Below, piece after piece: positions 60,537 to 64,000 of a stretch of DNA of 64,000 nt. The notes beneath the pieces were generated by a model, which did not search any database, was not told the DNA's origin, and was given only the letters and a program-made list of their open reading frames with translations. Source of the stretch: an uncultured Rhodospirillaceae bacterium (GTDB taxonomy: Bacteria > Pseudomonadota > Alphaproteobacteria > UBA7887); NCBI GenBank assembly GCA_964515905.1, contig CAZEWK010000086.1, forward strand, positions 66,265 through 130,264, in the 5' to 3' direction. The position numbers were made by a program, and so were the translations under genes. Numbering within the stretch: the first letter of the stretch is position 1; the number at the start of each line of letters is the position of its first letter.

Positions 60537-62663
60537 ATGTTCGATATTCATCGGAAAGAAATTGACTGGGGTGGTAGACGATTGGTTCTGGAGACGGGTA
60601 GAATTGCGCGACAGGCCGATGGGGCTGTTATTGCTACCTATGGTGAGACAGCGGTTCTATGTACGGCTGTCGCACAAAGGGCGCCTAAAGCAGGCGTTGA
60701 TTTTTTCCCTCTAACGGTGAATTACCAGGAAAAGACGTTTGCGGCAGGGAAAATTCCAGGTGGTTTTTTTAAAAGGGAGGGTCGTCCCAACGAAAAAGAG
60801 ACCCTAACATCGCGTCTAATTGATCGACCAATTAGACCAATGTTTGCTGACGGGTTTCGAAATGAAACTCAAGTGATCTGCACGGTTCTTTCACATGATT
60901 TGGAAAATGATCCAGATATTGTAGCAATGATCGGGGCGTCGGCTGCGTTAACAATTTCTGGTATTCCGTTTCTCGGTCCCATTGCGGGCATTCGAGTGGG
61001 CTACATCGAAAACGAGTATGTCATTAATCCATTACCGGATCAGTTGTTGAAAACGACACTTGATCTAGTGGTTGCTGGAACTGGCGATGCGGTTCTGATG
61101 GTAGAGTCAGAGGCTGAGGAGTTATCAGAGGAAGTAATGCTAGGTGCAGTGACATTCGGTCACGAGCATATGGCGCCTGTAATACAGACCATAATTGAAT
61201 TTGCAGAAGTTTGCGCCAAAGAGCCTTGGGAGTTGACTGAAGTAGATCCGCCGGACGATAGCGCTAAGGAATTGGTGCAGTCCTGTGAAGGGGATATACG
61301 GGAGGCATATTCCGAACGTGTGAAACAATTGAGAGTGGAGAAATTAGATAAATTACACACCCATATATCAGCAGTTGCAGCTGAAAAAGAACTAGACGAG
61401 GCTGCTGTTCAAGGCGGATTTAAGAAATTAGAAAAGGATATTGTACGTGGCCAAGTTTTATCAACTGGTCTACGAATTGATGGACGTGATACGACGATGG
61501 TGCGTCCCATAAACTCTGACATCGGAATTTTGCCCCAGACGCACGGGTCAGCCTTGTTTACTCGTGGTGAGACACAGGCCTTAGTGGTGACAACTTTGGG
61601 TACTGGGCAAGATGAACAAATAATAGATGCACTGGAGGGAGAGTACCGGGAGCATTTTATGCTGCATTATAACTTTCCGCCGTATTCTGTCGGGGAGGCT
61701 TCTTTCCTGCGTTCTCCTGGCCGACGAGAGATTGGGCATGGAAAGCTAGCTTGGAGAGCTGTCCGTCCGCTTTTGCCGAAAAAGGATGATTTCCCCTATA
61801 CCATTCGGGTGGTATCCGAGATCACAGAGTCTAATGGGTCATCGTCCATGGCTACAGTATGTGGAACCTCACTTTCCTTAATGGATGCTGGCGTGCCGAT
61901 AATTCGGCCGGTGGCGGGTATTGCGATGGGGCTTATAAAGGAAGCAGATGAATACGTAGTGCTCAGTGATATCCTAGGCGATGAAGATCAACTTGGAGAT
62001 ATGGATTTCAAAGTGGCCGGGACGGAAGAAGGAGTCACATCCTTGCAGATGGATATCAAAATCACTGGCATTACTAAAGAAATAATGGCGACCGCGCTTG
62101 CACAGGCAAGGGAGGGGCGTCTTCACATACTTGCGGAAATGTCAAAGGCAATCGGTAGTTCTCGTGAAACTGTTAACGAACATGCACCAAGAATTACTAC
62201 TATCACAGTGCCTAAAGATAAAATTCGCGACATCATTGGGACAGGCGGCAAGGTTATACGTGAAATCACTGAAGAAACAGGAACAAAAATAGACATTGAT
62301 GATGATGGGAACGTCAAGGTTGCGGCCACAACTTCTACTGCTAGCGATGCTGCGTTGAATTGGATCAAAGATATCGTTGCGGAACCCGAGGTTGGTGTTA
62401 TTTATGATGGAACTGTCGTAAAGACGGTCGATTTTGGGGCATTCGTCAATTTTATCGGCAACCGCGATGGGCTGGTTCATATTAGTGAACTTGCCCCCCG
62501 TCGTGTTCCATCAGTTGCTGACGTGGTGCAAGAGGGCGACAGCGTAAAAGTAAAGGTTTTGTCAGTTGATGACCGAGGAAAAGTGAGGCTCAGTATGAAG
62601 TCGGTGGATCAGGAGACAGGTATGCCTATTGAGGATTCAAATAAAGATCAATTGGCCGATTAG
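60537..62663 (+). CDS. pnp: polyribonucleotide nucleotidyltransferase (PNPase)
   Basis: 708 aa with two RNase PH-like domains and KH and S1 domains. Confidence 0.96.
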   Translation: MFDIHRKEIDWGGRRLVLETGRIARQADGAVIATYGETAVLCTAVAQRAPKAGVDFFPLTVNYQEKTFAAGKIPGGFFKREGRPNEKETLTSRLIDRPIRPMFADGFRNETQVICTVLSHDLENDPDIVAMIGASAALTISGIPFLGPIAGIRVGYIENEYVINPLPDQLLKTTLDLVVAGTGDAVLMVESEAEELSEEVMLGAVTFGHEHMAPVIQTIIEFAEVCAKEPWELTEVDPPDDSAKELVQSCEGDIREAYSERVKQLRVEKLDKLHTHISAVAAEKELDEAAVQGGFKKLEKDIVRGQVLSTGLRIDGRDTTMVRPINSDIGILPQTHGSALFTRGETQALVVTTLGTGQDEQIIDALEGEYREHFMLHYNFPPYSVGEASFLRSPGRREIGHGKLAWRAVRPLLPKKDDFPYTIRVVSEITESNGSSSMATVCGTSLSLMDAGVPIIRPVAGIAMGLIKEADEYVVLSDILGDEDQLGDMDFKVAGTEEGVTSLQMDIKITGITKEIMATALAQAREGRLHILAEMSKAIGSSRETVNEHAPRITTITVPKDKIRDIIGTGGKVIREITEETGTKIDIDDDGNVKVAATTSTASDAALNWIKDIVAEPEVGVIYDGTVVKTVDFGAFVNFIGNRDGLVHISELAPRRVPSVADVVQEGDSVKVKVLSVDDRGKVRLSMKSVDQETGMPIEDSNKDQLAD

Positions 62664-62809
62664 GGTGTCCTAGGACAAGAATCGACAATTTTAGTTCTGT
62701 TTTTTAATAAGTTTCGATTGTTTATAAATCTAGCATTCTACGGTATCTTACTCTGTGAGTATATATGTTGCTGCCTTTTGGCACTAGTCATTGATCTCAA
62801 TTTGAGTGA

Positions 62810-63394
62810 GTGCCTGGAATTGGAGTCTTGTGGTTCGTGAGTGCTGAAAACAAAATAGAAGAAGAACGTGCTACTGATTGGAAGAAGTCGTGCTACGAAC
62901 GCTCGGATCTTATACGGTGCGGACATGGAGAATTATTTGGGCGTGGGAACGCTCAGTTGCCCCTACCGCCGATGTTGATGTTTGATAGAATAGTGAAAAT
63001 AATGTCCGATGGGGGTGAGCACGGAAAAGGGCTAGTAATAGCGGAGATGGACATAAATAAAGATCTTTGGTTCTACGGGTGTCATTTTAAAGGTGACCCA
63101 GTTATGCCCGGGTGCCTCGGAGTTGATGCGCTTTGGCAAATGTTAGGTTTCTTCTTAGGGTGGCTTGGATTGCCGGGTCCAGGACGAGCATTATCAGTTG
63201 CTGAGGTTAAATTTGCTGGGGAGGTGAAGCCCGGGGGAGAGATACTTCGGTATCATGTGGATGTGAGAAAAGTAATTAAACGTGGTTTTGCGCTGGCGAT
63301 TGCAGATGGATACGCCGAGCTCGATGGTGAGCGCGTTTACACTGCAAATGGACTGCGTGTGGGCCTATTTCCTTCAAACAACAAAGCTGGGTGA
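62810..63394 (+). CDS. fabA: 3-hydroxydecanoyl-[ACP] dehydratase / trans-2-decenoyl-[ACP] isomerase
   Basis: Contains the motifs GELFG...LPLPPMLMFDRIV and DLWFYGCHFKGDPVMPGCLGVDA. The start is uncertain: GTG 62810, TTG 62828 or GTG 62837. Confidence 0.88.
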   Translation: MPGIGVLWFVSAENKIEEERATDWKKSCYERSDLIRCGHGELFGRGNAQLPLPPMLMFDRIVKIMSDGGEHGKGLVIAEMDINKDLWFYGCHFKGDPVMPGCLGVDALWQMLGFFLGWLGLPGPGRALSVAEVKFAGEVKPGGEILRYHVDVRKVIKRGFALAIADGYAELDGERVYTANGLRVGLFPSNNKAG

Positions 63395-63399
63395 TAAGA

Positions 63400-64000
63400 G
63401 TGGTTAATTCCCGCCGCGTTGTTGTTACTGGTCTTGGCATAGTTTCGCCCATTGGCTCCGATGCGATAGAGGTGACGAGTAGTTTACGTGAAGGTCGGTC
63501 GGGAATTGTTTATTGTGATACCTATGAAGAAATGGGATTTCGTTCCCATGTTCATGGCCTTCCCAATGTAGATTTTGATAATCATATTGACCGTAAGCTG
63601 CGTCGATTTATGGGAGACGGAGCGGCTTATAACTATATTGCGATGGCACAAGCTATAGAAGATTCAGGCCTCGACGAAAAAGAAGTTCGGGGTGAGCGAA
63701 CAGGACTAGTAATGGGGTCAGGTGGACCATCTACTTCTGCCCAGGTTGAAGCTGCTAAAATTGCCAAAGAAAAAAGTCCTAAACGTGTTGGTCCTTATGC
63801 TGTGCCAAAAGCTATGTGTTCCACTCTTTCTGCAAATATGTCGACAGCATTTAAAATGCGTGGGCTGAGCTATTCGATTAGTTCTGCCTGTTCGACAAGT
63901 GCACATTGTATAGGTAATGGATCGGAACTTATTCAAATGGGGAAGCAGGATATTGTCTTTGCAGGTGGTGCTGAAGAGCTTCACTGGACCCTCACAGTCT
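63400..64000 (+). CDS. fabB: beta-ketoacyl-[ACP] synthase I, N-terminal part; continues beyond the window edge
   Basis: GTG start giving VNSRRVVVTGLGIVSPIG, with the active-site Cys in SSACSTSAHCIG. It lies 6 nt after fabA. Confidence 0.85.
   Translation, partial: MVNSRRVVVTGLGIVSPIGSDAIEVTSSLREGRSGIVYCDTYEEMGFRSHVHGLPNVDFDNHIDRKLRRFMGDGAAYNYIAMAQAIEDSGLDEKEVRGERTGLVMGSGGPSTSAQVEAAKIAKEKSPKRVGPYAVPKAMCSTLSANMSTAFKMRGLSYSISSACSTSAHCIGNGSELIQMGKQDIVFAGGAEELHWTLTV

Noticed and set aside
1-64000. Whole-window check for a mobile element or defence island (integrase, transposase, TA, RM, CRISPR, tRNA targets)
   Set aside because: None found. Every sizeable ORF is accounted for by housekeeping or conserved-hypothetical genes with alphaproteobacterial synteny. 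There are no tRNA genes, direct-repeat arrays or compositional discontinuities.

Overview
The window reads as a contiguous, gene-dense (about 90% coding) piece of core chromosome from an alphaproteobacterium of about 47% GC. Nearly every ORF is a recognisable housekeeping gene, and gene order follows blocks well known in Alphaproteobacteria. In order: hslU/hslV (minus) divergent from a his operon (hisB, a DUF2628-like gene, hisH, a GNAT gene, hisA, hisF, hisI, hisE); a HIT protein; an SDR oxidoreductase; gshB; a two-BON DolP-like lipoprotein; rsmI divergent from an lpoA-like gene; hemW, rdgB and rph on the minus strand, divergent from a contiguous hrcA-grpE-dnaK-dnaJ cluster; dapB; nth; a pfkB-family kinase; ampG; maeB; mutS-glnD-[two-gene insert]-murJ-trpS; a tauE/TIGR02186-like/uspA module; tsaB-rimI-fur; olsB-olsA (ornithine lipid); miaB-ybeZ-ybeY-corC-lnt; metK-trmB; rimP-nusA-infB-rbfA-truB-rpsO-pnp; and fabA-fabB (partial). 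I saw no tRNA or rRNA genes, no CRISPR array, no integrase, transposase or phage genes, no extended direct repeats and no compositional island. Nothing here looks like a defence system or mobile element, so I do not claim a novel system. The departures from ordinary core genome are few: a ManD-like enolase plus D-aminoacylase-like amidohydrolase wedged into the glnD-murJ block; a conserved unknown-function tauE/TIGR02186-like/uspA module; DUF2628 and GNAT genes embedded in the his operon; a Fur-family regulator beside a 6-3-6 AT-rich palindrome; and a few conserved-looking RNA hairpins.
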